This document shows positions 1-12,384 of a DNA stretch of 64,000 nt, piece after piece. The position numbers and the translations under genes are program-made. This DNA is from Candidatus Eiseniibacteriota bacterium (GTDB lineage: Bacteria; Eisenbacteria; RBG-16-71-46), in the NCBI GenBank assembly GCA_031366795.1, contig JANLOX010000259.1, positions 22,613 to 86,612 on the forward strand. Direction: 5' to 3'. The first letter of the stretch is position 1, and the number at the start of each line of letters is the position of its first letter. The notes beneath the pieces were generated by a model. The model worked only from the letters and a program-made list of their open reading frames with translations, was not told where the DNA came from and made no database searches.

Positions 1-1
1 C

Positions 2-2398
2 TCGAAGTTCGACGAGGGCTGGCGCACCTGGCTGCGCAAGCGCTACTGGCCGGCCGTCGCGAGCAAGAGCTCGCCCGAGGAATTCGCGCGCCGCCTGACT
101 GACCATCGCCACGACGAGAGCAACCTCAACACGGCGCCGTCGATTTCGCCGCAGGGCGACCGCATCGCGTTCTTCTCTGACCGCCGCCAGTACACCGACG
201 TGTATGTCATGTCGGCATTGGACGGCAAGATCATCCGGCGCGTGATTCGCGGCGAGCGCAACGTCCAGTTCGAGAGCATTCCGTCCTTCCGCAGCACGAT
301 GACCTGGTCGCCCGACGGTTCCCGCCTGGCGCTCACCGCAAAGAGCGGCGGCCACGATGTGCTCTATGTGCTCGATGCCCACTCGGGCAGGGTCGAGCGC
401 CGTGTCGAGATGCCGTGCGACGCGTTGTTCGACCCGGCGTGGTCCCCGGTCTCGGATTCACTCGTCGTGGCGGGCGTCACGGCCGGCCGCTCGGACCTGT
501 GGCTGGTGGAGCTCAAGACCGGGCACCGCCAGCGGCTGACCGACGATGCGTATGATGAGAAGGAGCCGGCGTGGTCACCCGACGGCTCGCGAATCGTGTT
601 CTCGACCGATCGCGGCACGCCGGTCGTCCTGCACCCGAAGCGCCATGAAGGCGGCTTCGGCGAGTACGGCCTCTACGAGATGACCGTGGCGGGTGGCGAG
701 GTACGCCGGGTGCTCGACACGGCGGGGGATGACCACAGCCCGCAGTGGTCGCCCGACGGCAAGCTGCTGGGGTTCATCACCGACTACAGCGGCACGCCGA
801 ACATCCACGTGTTCGATCCCGCGGACTCCTCGGTGACTCAGCTCACTGATGTGCTCGGGGGAGTGCAGGGCATGTCGTGGTCGCGGCAGAACGACCGCCT
901 GGTGTTCTCCGCCTACAACCAGGGCGGCTTCGATATCTTCGGCGTGCGTGAGCCGCTCGCCGTCAATGGCGTACTGGCGCGATTGCGTCGCGATGCTCCG
1001 TCCGCCGTTCGCTCGGTGAGCGCGATGTTCGTGGCGCCGAAAGATTCCACGGTTGCGCCGCCGCAATTCGGGGCGCTCGCCGGTGCATGGCCCGATTCGA
1101 TCGCCGCGAGTTCGGACAAGGACCGGCGTTCCGAACATCACGATGGCGCCTCGCGCGACACCCTGCGCCTCGACCGCATGGACGAGGACAACCGGCCGGG
1201 TTGGATGGCGGGACCACATCCGTTCCCCGCGTTGCCGGACAGCGTGACGCCACTGGCGACGCGCATCCCACTGCATGATGAAGGGGGGCCGTTCGCGCTC
1301 CCTGACTCGGTGCTGGGCCAGAAGGCTCGCGCCTACCGGCCGCACCTGGCCCCGGACTACGGTGGCGCGGGCTTCTACGCCGCCACGGGCTACGGTTTCG
1401 TGGGCAGCACGCAGTTCGTGTTCTCGGATTTCCTCGGCGACCATAGCCTGTATGTCGCGACGGACGTGTTCAGTAATTCGATTTCCGAGACCAATGCGCT
1501 CGCCATTTACCGTTACCTGCCGCGCCGCTGGGACTTTGGCGCCGGGCTGTTCCACTTCAAGAACTACTTCAACTCGCAGGTGTCCACGCTGGGTGAGTCG
1601 TTCGGTTCATCGCGGTTGTTTTCGGAGCGCAACTTTGGCGGCTTGGTCTCGGCCTCATATCCGTTCGACCGCTTCCATCGCGCGGAGTTCAACTTCACGC
1701 AGATGTTCCTCGAGCGCCAGTTCTTCGTGCGCGATGTGTTCGGGGACGTGGCGGCGGCAAACCACGAGTACCGCTCGGTATCGTCGCCATCGGTATCGCT
1801 GGTGTCGGACAATTCACTGTTCGGCTACTACGGACCGGTCAACGGGCAGCGCTGGAACCTGACCTATGGGCCATCGTTCGCGTGGTTCCAGAATGGACTG
1901 GCGTATAACACGGTGACGTTCGATGGCCGGCGCTACTGGGACCTCACGCGCGGCTACACCTTCGCGACGCGCGTCCTCGCCGGCGCCAGTGACGGCCGGA
2001 ATCCGCAGACCTTCAGGATCGGCGGGTTCTCGACGCTGCGCGGCTTCCCTGACTTCTCCCTCCTCGGCTCGCGCGTGTCGCTCGTATCCGCCGAATTGCG
2101 CTACCCGTTCATCCAGCAACTGGGGCTGGTGGGTCCGCTGCCGGTGGGATTGTTCAACCTGCGCGGCGTCATATTCGGCGACGTGGGTGCGATCTGGAGC
2201 GGGGGCGAGAAGATCCGCTTCAGCGAAAATGGCCGCCTGACGGATCCGCTCAAAGGTCCAGGCGTCGGGATGAGCTTCGGCACGGGACTGCGCACATCGC
2301 TGTTGTTCCTGATCGTGAAGCTCGATGTGGCGTGGCGCACGGATCTTCAGCAGGTAAGTCGTCCACGCTGGCACTTTAGCCTGGGCCCCGAATTCTAG
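2..2398 (+). CDS. Omp85/BamA-TamA-family outer-membrane protein with TolB-like PD40 beta-propeller repeats (5' truncated by window)
   Basis: Frame is open from position 2 (SKFDEGWRTWLRKRYWP). Repeated P.WSPDG motifs, then a beta-barrel region with a GGFSTLRGF lid-like motif and terminal aromatic residue (FSLGPEF). Confidence 0.8.
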   Translation, partial: SKFDEGWRTWLRKRYWPAVASKSSPEEFARRLTDHRHDESNLNTAPSISPQGDRIAFFSDRRQYTDVYVMSALDGKIIRRVIRGERNVQFESIPSFRSTMTWSPDGSRLALTAKSGGHDVLYVLDAHSGRVERRVEMPCDALFDPAWSPVSDSLVVAGVTAGRSDLWLVELKTGHRQRLTDDAYDEKEPAWSPDGSRIVFSTDRGTPVVLHPKRHEGGFGEYGLYEMTVAGGEVRRVLDTAGDDHSPQWSPDGKLLGFITDYSGTPNIHVFDPADSSVTQLTDVLGGVQGMSWSRQNDRLVFSAYNQGGFDIFGVREPLAVNGVLARLRRDAPSAVRSVSAMFVAPKDSTVAPPQFGALAGAWPDSIAASSDKDRRSEHHDGASRDTLRLDRMDEDNRPGWMAGPHPFPALPDSVTPLATRIPLHDEGGPFALPDSVLGQKARAYRPHLAPDYGGAGFYAATGYGFVGSTQFVFSDFLGDHSLYVATDVFSNSISETNALAIYRYLPRRWDFGAGLFHFKNYFNSQVSTLGESFGSSRLFSERNFGGLVSASYPFDRFHRAEFNFTQMFLERQFFVRDVFGDVAAANHEYRSVSSPSVSLVSDNSLFGYYGPVNGQRWNLTYGPSFAWFQNGLAYNTVTFDGRRYWDLTRGYTFATRVLAGASDGRNPQTFRIGGFSTLRGFPDFSLLGSRVSLVSAELRYPFIQQLGLVGPLPVGLFNLRGVIFGDVGAIWSGGEKIRFSENGRLTDPLKGPGVGMSFGTGLRTSLLFLIVKLDVAWRTDLQQVSRPRWHFSLGPEF

Positions 2399-2415
2399 AA
2401 GTTCCCCGGCACGGG

Positions 2416-2444
2416 TGGACGCTCAAGCGGACTTTTCGTAGATT
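2416..2444 (+). promoter_or_regulatory. Putative sigma70 promoter for pcrA-gatCAB-purDE operon
   Basis: TGGACG-17 bp-TAGATT in the intergenic region. Confidence 0.5.
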
Positions 2445-2492
2445 GCGGGGGAGGCGTTTCATTCCCGCATCCCAATCGATCGTGAGTCCTTC

Positions 2493-4695
<2,203 letters not shown>

Positions 4696-4706
<11 letters not shown>

Positions 4707-4989
4707 GGACGTACGCGGCATCGCCGAGCTGGCGCGCCTGGAAGTAGCCGAAGCAGACCTCGAGCGCACCGCGCGTGAACTGTCCGCCGTGCTCGATTTT
4801 GCGGCGACGCTACGCGAACTTGACCTGTCGGGCTTCGAAGCCCTCGCCTTCGCGCCTCCCGAGGCGCCGTTACGCGAAGACGTTCTAGATCCACGACGCC
4901 TGACGAGTGCAATGGCCACCGCTGCCGCTGCGGAACACGAGGACGGGTATTTCATCGTGCCGCCGATCGTCGACAACGTTCAGCCGTGA
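4696..4989 (+). CDS. gatC: Asp/Glu-tRNA amidotransferase subunit C
   Basis: IAELARL, LREDV and GYFIVPPIV motifs; lies just before gatA. Confidence 0.9.
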
Positions 4990-6467
4990 GCGCCACTCGC
5001 TCTGAAGCCTGGCGTTGGTCCGCAACGCAAATAGCGGCGCGCGTGAGTCACGCGGGCGCCGTGGTGGCGGATGTCGTCGAATCGGGATTTGCGGGGCCGG
5101 GGGCCGCGTGGGAAGCCGAGGTGCATGCCGTTGTGCACGTTGACGCTGCGCGCCGCGCGGCGGACTCCGCCGTCCGCAAGGCTGGCCCGCTCGCGGGCGT
5201 GCCCGTGCTGGTGAAGGACAATCTGTGCACGCTGGATTACCCGACAACGTGCGGCTCGAAGATCCTCGCGGGCTACCGTCCGCCCTATGACGCCTCGGTC
5301 ATCACGCGGCTACGTGAATCGGGCGCGGTCATCATCGGCAAAGGCAACATGGATGAATTCGCCATGGGGTCTTCGACCGAGTTCAGCGCCTATGGCCCGA
5401 CACGCAACCCGTATGACTTGACGCGCGTCCCGGGCGGATCGAGCGGTGGCCCGGCTGCCGCGGTGGCGTATGGACTCTGCCCTGTGGCGTTGGGATCCGA
5501 CACCGGCGGCTCCGTGCGCCAGCCCGCCGCGTTCTGCGGGGTGTTCGGCCTGAAGCCGACCTACGGCAGGCTATCGCGCTACGGCCTCGTGGCGTTCGGT
5601 TCCTCGCTCGACCAGGTCGGAGTGTTCGCGCGGCACGCGGGCGATGTGGCGCTGACCTACGCTGCCCTCGCCGGTCGTGATCCCTACGATGCCACGACGC
5701 GGCTCGGGGCGGCTCCCGATGTGTCGGACTGGGATGCGGGCGTTGCGGGCTTGCGCTTTGGCTGGCCGGCCAATCTGTGGGCTGCGGGGGTCGATGCGGA
5801 GATCGTTGCGGCGCTCGAGCGCACGGCGGGCGAGTTGGAAGCCGCCGGGGCCACGCGTGTGCCGTTGGAATTCATTCCGGGTGGGTACTCAGTGGCCACG
5901 TACTACCTTGTGGCGACCGCCGAGGCGAGTTCGAATCTGGCGCGCTTCGATGGCGTGCGCTATGGCTACCGGAGCGAGCGATCAGAAGACCTGCGCGCGC
6001 TGTACCTGAATTCACGCAGCGAAGGATTCGGCCCGGAGGTCAAGCGGCGCATCCTGCTCGGCACCTATGCGCTATCGGCCGGGTACTACGATGCCTATTA
6101 CGGAACGGCGCAGCGGGCCAGGGCGCGCATCCGCCACGAGTACGCCACGTCCTTCGAGCGGTGCGACTTCCTGCTGATGCCGGCCTCGCCGACGCTGGCA
6201 TTCAAGCTGGGCGAGAAGCTCGACGATCCGCTGGCGATGTACCTGAGCGACATCTTCACCATCGGCGCCAACCTCGCCGGCATTCCGGGAATCAGTTGCC
6301 CGGCCGGGCTCAGCTCCGATGGCCTCCCCATTGGGGTGCAGCTGCTCGGCAAGGATGATGCCGAGCCGGTGTTGTTGCGCGCGGCGCGCGCCATCGAGGT
6401 GCATGGCGACCGAGCCCGCATGGAGCGTGCCCACGAAAAGGAGTTCGCATGGCCTTCGAAGCGGTAA
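4986..6467 (+). CDS. gatA: Asp/Glu-tRNA amidotransferase subunit A
   Basis: Amidase signature: [41 protein letters not shown]. Confidence 0.96.
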   Translation: MSATRSEAWRWSATQIAARVSHAGAVVADVVESGFAGPGAAWEAEVHAVVHVDAARRAADSAVRKAGPLAGVPVLVKDNLCTLDYPTTCGSKILAGYRPPYDASVITRLRESGAVIIGKGNMDEFAMGSSTEFSAYGPTRNPYDLTRVPGGSSGGPAAAVAYGLCPVALGSDTGGSVRQPAAFCGVFGLKPTYGRLSRYGLVAFGSSLDQVGVFARHAGDVALTYAALAGRDPYDATTRLGAAPDVSDWDAGVAGLRFGWPANLWAAGVDAEIVAALERTAGELEAAGATRVPLEFIPGGYSVATYYLVATAEASSNLARFDGVRYGYRSERSEDLRALYLNSRSEGFGPEVKRRILLGTYALSAGYYDAYYGTAQRARARIRHEYATSFERCDFLLMPASPTLAFKLGEKLDDPLAMYLSDIFTIGANLAGIPGISCPAGLSSDGLPIGVQLLGKDDAEPVLLRAARAIEVHGDRARMERAHEKEFAWPSKR

Positions 6468-7897
6468 TCGGACTCGAGTGCCACCTGCAGCTCAACACCG
6501 TGAGCAAGATGTTCTGCGGTTGCCCGGTGCAATTCGGCGGCGAGCCGAACACCGCCGTGTGCCCGGTTTGCCTCGGCCTGCCGGGTGCCCTGCCGCGCGC
6601 CAACCGCGCCGCGATCGACGCGGCGATCCGCCTGGGGCTGTCGCTCGGCTGCGAGATCCGGGCGGAAAGCGTGTTCGCGCGCAAGCACTACTTCTATCCG
6701 GACATGCCGAAAAATTTCCAGATCAGCCAGTACGACCGGCCGTTGTGCGAGGGCGGTGCGTTGCCGGTAATGGTGGGAGTTGAAGCGCGCACCTTCGCGC
6801 TGACGCGCATTCATGCCGAGGAAGACACCGGCAAGTCGTTCCATCCCGAACGCGTCCACGACCGCCGGCTGTCGCGCGTGGATTTCAATCGCGCCGGCGT
6901 GCCGCTGCTCGAGCTGGTGAGCGAGCCGGTGCTGCACACGCCGGAAGAGTGCGGCGCATTCCTCACGGCATTCCGCCGCCTGGTGCGCTGGCTTGGCATC
7001 TCGGACGGCGACATGGAAAAGGGCCAGCTGCGCTGTGATGCCAATGTCAGCCTGCGACCGGTCGGATCCACGATGCTGGGCACCAAGACCGAACTGAAGA
7101 ACCTGAACTCGATCCGAGGTGTGGAGCGCGGCGTGGCCGCCGAGTGCCGGCGCCAGCAGGCGTTGCTCGAAGCCGGGGAACGCGTGACGCAGGCGACCCT
7201 GCTGTATGATGCGGACCACGACCACCTCGCGATCATGCGGAGCAAGGAGCACGCGCACGACTACCGCTATTTCCCCGAACCAGACCTGCCGGTGCTGCGT
7301 GTGGATGCCGCCTGGCGGGCGGACGCCGCAGCCCGCACGCCCGAGCTGCCGTGGGTGCGCACCGGGCGCGTGGCGCGCGAGTTCGCGCTGCCGGAGTACG
7401 CTGCCGCCGTGCTGACCGAAACGCGCGGAGTCGCGGACTACTACGAGGCATTGGCGCGCGGAGGCGACGCGAAGCTCGCGAGTAACTGGGTGATGAACGA
7501 AGTGCTGCGGGTCCTCAATGAGCGGGAGTGGGATATTGAGCAGTGGGCCGAACGCGTCCCTGCGGCCAGGCTGAAGGAATTCCTTGAGGCCGTCGGCTCG
7601 AAGCAGTTGCCAGGGCCCCTCGCCAAGCAGGTGTTCGCGTGGCTGCCGGATGAGCCGGGCACGCTCGCTGATGTGCTGGCGCGCCACGAGGTGCGTGTGC
7701 AGTCGTCGTCCGAAGAGTTGCGGCCGCTGGTGCGGGCGGTGATCGAGGAGAACGCGGGCCCCGTCGCGCAGTACCGCGCCGGGCGTGCGGTGACGTTGGG
7801 ATTTCTCGTGGGCCAGGTGATGAAGAAGAGCGGGGGGCAGGCGGTGCCGCAGCGTGTGCAGGAATTGTTGCTCGAGGAATTGCAGGGGAACGCGTGA
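6449..7897 (+). CDS. gatB: Asp/Glu-tRNA amidotransferase subunit B
   Basis: [56 protein letters not shown]. Confidence 0.96.
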   Translation: MAFEAVIGLECHLQLNTVSKMFCGCPVQFGGEPNTAVCPVCLGLPGALPRANRAAIDAAIRLGLSLGCEIRAESVFARKHYFYPDMPKNFQISQYDRPLCEGGALPVMVGVEARTFALTRIHAEEDTGKSFHPERVHDRRLSRVDFNRAGVPLLELVSEPVLHTPEECGAFLTAFRRLVRWLGISDGDMEKGQLRCDANVSLRPVGSTMLGTKTELKNLNSIRGVERGVAAECRRQQALLEAGERVTQATLLYDADHDHLAIMRSKEHAHDYRYFPEPDLPVLRVDAAWRADAAARTPELPWVRTGRVAREFALPEYAAAVLTETRGVADYYEALARGGDAKLASNWVMNEVLRVLNEREWDIEQWAERVPAARLKEFLEAVGSKQLPGPLAKQVFAWLPDEPGTLADVLARHEVRVQSSSEELRPLVRAVIEENAGPVAQYRAGRAVTLGFLVGQVMKKSGGQAVPQRVQELLLEELQGNA

Positions 7898-9201
7898 GTG
7901 AAGCTCCGTTGAACGACCCGCGTTGCATCGTCGTCGTGGGTTCGGGCGGGCGCGAGCACGCGCTGGCCCGCCGGCTCGCCGCGGACCCGGAGCCCGCCCG
8001 CGTGGTGGTGCTTCCGGGCAACGATGGCATCGCTCAATCGTTCGAGTGCGTGGGCCTCGCCGACCACGAGATCGGGACGATCGTCGAAGCATGTGTCGCC
8101 CTGAGTCCTGACCTGGTGGTCATTGGCCCTGAGTCGTTGCTGGCGGATGGGCTCGCAGACCAGCTGGGTGAACGCGGCATCGTCGTGTTGGGCCCAAGTG
8201 CGCAAGCCGCGCGGCTTGAGTCGAGCAAGTGGTTCGCCAAGGAGATCATGCGTGAGGCGGCTGTGCCGACGGCCGAGGCGCGCGTGTTCGAGGATGTGGA
8301 CGCGGTCATCGCCGCACTCGATACGTTTGGTCCCCCGTGGGTGCTCAAGGCCGATGGGCTGGCCGGGGGCAAGGGCGTGCGGGTAACTAAGGAGCGCCCT
8401 GCCGCGATCCGCTTCGCGCGCGAGGTGTTGAGCGGAACGCGCTTCGCAGGGGCAGGGCGCAGGCTTGTGCTCGAGCGCTTCCTTGAAGGCGAGGAGGTGT
8501 CGGTGATGGCGGTGTGCGATGGGACGCGCGCGGTGTTGCTGCCGGCGGCGCGGGACTTCAAGCGTGCCTACGATGGCGACACGGGAAACAACACCGGCGG
8601 CATGGGTGCGATCGCGCCGGTACCGGGTTGGGGCGCCGCGGGGGATGCGCTGGTGCTTGAGCGTGTCGTTGAGCCCGTGCTGGCCGCACTCGCGCGCCGT
8701 GGCATCGCCTTCCGCGGCGTGCTGTATTGCGGATTGATGCTCACGTCACACGGCCCGATGGTGCTCGAGTTCAACGTGCGCTTCGGTGATCCGGAAACGC
8801 AAGTGATCCTGCCGCGCTTAGGCGCCTCCTTGTACGATCTGCTTCATGCGGCGGCGGTGGGCGAGCTGAGCGGCCAGACGGCCGTCATGCGCCCGGGTGC
8901 CACCGTGGCGGTCGCCATCGTGGACACGCGCTACCCGGCGCCGCACTCGGGTGAGGGACTGCTGGCGGGGACCGCCGCTGTCGATACGGGCGGGGAGACG
9001 TGGATGCTTTATGGCGGTGTGAAGCGCATCGAGGGTGGCTGGCACGTGCTCGGGGGCCGGGCGGCCTACGTGTGCGCGGAGGGCGCCACACTGGACGAAG
9101 CGCGCCGGCGGGCGTATGAGGGAACGGCAAGGTTGTCGGGAACAGGCTGGCGCTACCGCACGGATGTCGGCGCGCCGCGCCCGGTTCCCTTGAATCGATA
9201 G
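7894..9201 (+). CDS. purD: Phosphoribosylamine-glycine ligase
   Basis: GSGGREHAL, KADGLAGGKGV, NTGGMGA, EFNVRFGDPETQ. Confidence 0.96.
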   Translation: MSEAPLNDPRCIVVVGSGGREHALARRLAADPEPARVVVLPGNDGIAQSFECVGLADHEIGTIVEACVALSPDLVVIGPESLLADGLADQLGERGIVVLGPSAQAARLESSKWFAKEIMREAAVPTAEARVFEDVDAVIAALDTFGPPWVLKADGLAGGKGVRVTKERPAAIRFAREVLSGTRFAGAGRRLVLERFLEGEEVSVMAVCDGTRAVLLPAARDFKRAYDGDTGNNTGGMGAIAPVPGWGAAGDALVLERVVEPVLAALARRGIAFRGVLYCGLMLTSHGPMVLEFNVRFGDPETQVILPRLGASLYDLLHAAAVGELSGQTAVMRPGATVAVAIVDTRYPAPHSGEGLLAGTAAVDTGGETWMLYGGVKRIEGGWHVLGGRAAYVCAEGATLDEARRRAYEGTARLSGTGWRYRTDVGAPRPVPLNR

Positions 9202-9219
9202 CGAACGCGAGGATCTAGT

Positions 9220-9711
9220 ATGGCCGCAACGAAAGGTGCCCGCCCGCGGGTGGGGATCGTCATGGGAAGCGAGTCCGACCGCTCCATCATGGAGGAGGCC
9301 GGCAAGGTGCTGACCGATTTCGCCGTGCCGTTCGAGTTGGTGGTCTATTCGGCGCACCGCACCCCGGACGCGACGGCCCGGTGGGCGCGTGGCGCGCGCG
9401 CGCGCGGGCTCAAGGTGCTGATCGCGGGGGCAGGAGGTGCTGCGCATCTCGCCGGCGCCGTTGCCGCGCAATCGCGGCTGCCTGTGCTGGGCGTACCGCT
9501 GGCGAGTTCGCCGCTGGCCGGATTCGATGCTTTGCTGTCCACGGTCCAGATGCCTCCGGGTGTCCCTGTGGGCACGTTGTCGGTCGGGGTCTGGGGCGCC
9601 CGCAATGCGGCGTTCCTCGCCGTGCGTATACTGGCGCTGGGGGATACCCGCCTGGAACGCGCCCTCGAGGCGCGGGCGGTGGCGGCCCAGAAGCGGACGG
9701 GGAGGCGTTGA
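9220..9711 (+). CDS. purE: N5-CAIR mutase
   Basis: [32 protein letters not shown]. Confidence 0.96.
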   Translation: MAATKGARPRVGIVMGSESDRSIMEEAGKVLTDFAVPFELVVYSAHRTPDATARWARGARARGLKVLIAGAGGAAHLAGAVAAQSRLPVLGVPLASSPLAGFDALLSTVQMPPGVPVGTLSVGVWGARNAAFLAVRILALGDTRLERALEARAVAAQKRTGRR

Positions 9712-10358
9712 TGCAAGTGTTGCGCGTGGATTCGGAGCACCCGGACGAGAAGGTCATGCTCGAAGCCGCGGAAGCCGTGCTGCGCGGCGGCGTGATCGCG
9801 TTCCCGACCGACACGCTCTACGGCCTCGGGTGTTCGCTGTTCGATGTCTCGGCTGTGGAAATGGTGGCGCGCCTCAAGCGTCGCGACCGTTCGCTCGCGG
9901 TGATCTCGCTGATCAGCGATCCCCGCCAGATTCACGGGCTTGCCTCCGATGTCTCGCCGGTCGCCCAACAGCTCGTGGAACAGTTCTGGCCCGGACCGCT
10001 GTCGCTGATCTTTCGCGCCGCGGCAATTGTTCCCGCGCGCGTGTGTGGTGTCGGCGGCACGATTGCGCTGCGCTGCCCGAACGACAAGCTGTGCCAGCGG
10101 CTGCTCGACTTCATCGGCGGTCCGGTCGTCTCGAGCAGCGCGAACCTGTCCGGCTTGCCCCCGGCGGAGACTGCCGAGGAGGTCTTGCAGATATTTGGCA
10201 ACCAGCTGGACCTGGTCATCGATGGCGGCCCCCGGCGTGGGGGGGTGCCTTCGACGCTGGTGGATGTCAGCGGCCCGCGGCCCCGGCTGTTGCGCCGGGG
10301 TGTGCTCGATGTCACCGCCGTGCTGGGGGACTTCGAGGACGCTTCCGCCAGCGGTTGA
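9711..10358 (+). CDS. tsaC: L-threonylcarbamoyladenylate synthase (YrdC/Sua5 family)
   Basis: [30 protein letters not shown] overlaps the purE stop (TGATG). Confidence 0.92.
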   Translation: MQVLRVDSEHPDEKVMLEAAEAVLRGGVIAFPTDTLYGLGCSLFDVSAVEMVARLKRRDRSLAVISLISDPRQIHGLASDVSPVAQQLVEQFWPGPLSLIFRAAAIVPARVCGVGGTIALRCPNDKLCQRLLDFIGGPVVSSSANLSGLPPAETAEEVLQIFGNQLDLVIDGGPRRGGVPSTLVDVSGPRPRLLRRGVLDVTAVLGDFEDASASG

Positions 10359-10383
10359 CGCGGCTCGCGGCGCTATCTATCCT
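10355..10383 (+). promoter_or_regulatory. Putative sigma70 promoter; probably near-leaderless transcript for the phosphatase
   Basis: TTGACG-17 bp-TATCCT, ending 8 nt before the ATG at 10392; no SD. Confidence 0.6.
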
Positions 10384-10391
10384 CGCCCCGC

Positions 10392-10883
10392 ATGGCCTCT
10401 CGTGACAGCGTTTTCAACGTGCTGCTGGTGTGCACCGGCAACACCTGCAGAAGTCCCATGGCGGCCGGGGCGTTGATGTTGGAGCTGGGGGCGGACAGGG
10501 ATCGCGTCGAAGTCGTTTCGGCCGGTACCGGCGCTCTCGAAGGCCAACCCGCGACGGAGTTCTCCGTCGTGGTGGCGGCACGCGAGGGAGTCGATCTTTC
10601 GGGTCACCGCTCGCAACGGGTCACCCGAACAATGTTGCACAGGGCGGATCTCGTGCTGGGCATGGAGCCTTCTCACCGGGAGGCCGTCATCCATTTGGGT
10701 GCGCATCCCGCGCGGACGTTCGTGATCAGCGAATGGCCGGAATTGGATGCGGCGGCGTGGGTGGTGTCGGATCCGTTCGGCGGGTCGCTTGAAGCTTATG
10801 AAGAGTGCTGGCGCCGGATCCGGCGCCATGTACAACGGGTAACTCCGCGCGTGGCCGAGGCGGCGCGTTCGCGTTCTCTATAA
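10392..10883 (+). CDS. ywlE: Low-molecular-weight protein-arginine phosphatase (YwlE-like)
   Basis: P-loop CTGNTCRS with Thr at the YwlE specificity position, DPFGG acid loop; tsaC-phosphatase-rpiB-glyA synteny as in Bacillus ywlC-ywlE-ywlF-glyA. Confidence 0.75.
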   Translation: MASRDSVFNVLLVCTGNTCRSPMAAGALMLELGADRDRVEVVSAGTGALEGQPATEFSVVVAAREGVDLSGHRSQRVTRTMLHRADLVLGMEPSHREAVIHLGAHPARTFVISEWPELDAAAWVVSDPFGGSLEAYEECWRRIRRHVQRVTPRVAEAARSRSL

Positions 10884-10919
10884 CCGCGTCGTCACGACCC
10901 GGTCGATCGAGGTAAAGCG

Positions 10920-11903
10920 ATGGCAATCGCAAAGACCGAAAAAATCTGGATGAACGGGCGGTGGGTGGCGTGGGACGACGCGAAGGTCCACATCATGACC
11001 CACGCGATGCACTATGCTTCGGCGGTGTTCGAAGGCATTCGCGCCTATGAAACGCCGGCGGGACCGGCGGTCTTCCGACTGGGCGAGCACATCGAGCGCC
11101 TGATGTTCTCGGCGCGCGTCTACCGGATGGAAGTCCCCTACACCGCGAAGCAGCTCGAACAGGTCTGCTGCGAGACGGTCGCCACGAACCGGCTGGGGGA
11201 CTGCTACATCCGCCCGCTGATCTATCGCGGCTACGAGAACATCGGCGTCAACCCGTTCGGCAACCCGATCGACGTGGCGATCGCCGCCTACCCGTGGGGG
11301 CAGTATCTTGGCGCGGATGCGCTGACCAAGGGCGTGGCGGTCAAGATCAGCACCTGGCAGCGCCCGGCCCCGAATACGCTGCCCGTCATGGCCAAGGCGT
11401 CGGCGAACTACATGAATTCGCAGCTCGCCAAGATGGAAGCCATCGTCGACGGTTATGCCGAGGCGATCTCACTGGATTCGAACGGCTTCGTCAGCGAAGG
11501 CAGCGGCCAGAACGTGTTCACGGTGATGAAGGGCGAGATCGTGACCCCGCAGCTGAACAACAGCATCCTCGCCGGCATCACGCGCTCCACGGTGATTACC
11601 CTGGCGCAAGATCTCGGCATTCCGGTGCGTGAGGCGACGCTACCGCGCGAGGCGCTGTACGCGGCTGACGAAATGTTCTTCAGCGGCACTGCCGTCGAGA
11701 TTTCGCCCATCGGCTCGATCGATCGCATGAACATCGGCGATGGGATCAGGGGCCCGGTGACGCAGCGGATCCAGGAAGCGTTCTTCGAAGCGGTGCGCGG
11801 TAAGAACCCGAAGCATCACGATTGGTTGACGGCAGTCGGCAGTGCTGCCGGCGCCCCCGTTGCGGCGGCCGCGGCCGTCGCGGCATCGGCGCGACCGGTC
11901 TAG
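10920..11903 (+). CDS. ilvE: Branched-chain amino acid aminotransferase
   Basis: HYASAVFEGIRAY, YIRP, AKASANY, EGSGQN, LAGITR, SGTAVEI. Confidence 0.95.
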   Translation: MAIAKTEKIWMNGRWVAWDDAKVHIMTHAMHYASAVFEGIRAYETPAGPAVFRLGEHIERLMFSARVYRMEVPYTAKQLEQVCCETVATNRLGDCYIRPLIYRGYENIGVNPFGNPIDVAIAAYPWGQYLGADALTKGVAVKISTWQRPAPNTLPVMAKASANYMNSQLAKMEAIVDGYAEAISLDSNGFVSEGSGQNVFTVMKGEIVTPQLNNSILAGITRSTVITLAQDLGIPVREATLPREALYAADEMFFSGTAVEISPIGSIDRMNIGDGIRGPVTQRIQEAFFEAVRGKNPKHHDWLTAVGSAAGAPVAAAAAVAASARPV

Positions 11904-11913
11904 GGCTTAAGCC

Positions 11914-12384
11914 ATGCGGGTGGCGATCGGCACTGATCACGCGGGCTTCGAACTCAAGGAGCGGCTCAAGGCGGCGCTCACCGAATGGGGTCACACGGTG
12001 GAGGACCACGGCACTTTCTCGACGGAGACCGTGGACTACCCGGATTTCTGCTTCCCCGCGGCCGAAAGCGTGGCGCGCGGCACGGCCGATCGCGGCATCG
12101 TGCTCGGTGGGAGCGGGATCGGTGAATCGATCGTGGCCAACAAGGTAGCGGGCGTGCGCGCGGCGCTGGTGACGAGCAATGAGACGGCGCGACTCACGCG
12201 GTTGCACAACGACTCGAACGTGATCGCGCTGGGCGGGCGCACGAACCCGGACCATGAGCAGGTGGTTCAGTGGCTTAAAGTGTGGCTCGAGACGCCATTC
12301 GAAGGCGGGCGGCACATCGCGCGCCTCGCCAAGATCACGGCCTACGAAGCGGTGCACGGTCGCGTGCGGGATTCGCGTGTCTGA
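11914..12384 (+). CDS. rpiB: Ribose-5-phosphate isomerase B
   Basis: [33 protein letters not shown]. Confidence 0.93.
   Translation: MRVAIGTDHAGFELKERLKAALTEWGHTVEDHGTFSTETVDYPDFCFPAAESVARGTADRGIVLGGSGIGESIVANKVAGVRAALVTSNETARLTRLHNDSNVIALGGRTNPDHEQVVQWLKVWLETPFEGGRHIARLAKITAYEAVHGRVRDSRV

Noticed and set aside
9220..9711. purE without adjacent purK
   Set aside because: Purine genes are dispersed here, so purK may lie outside the window.
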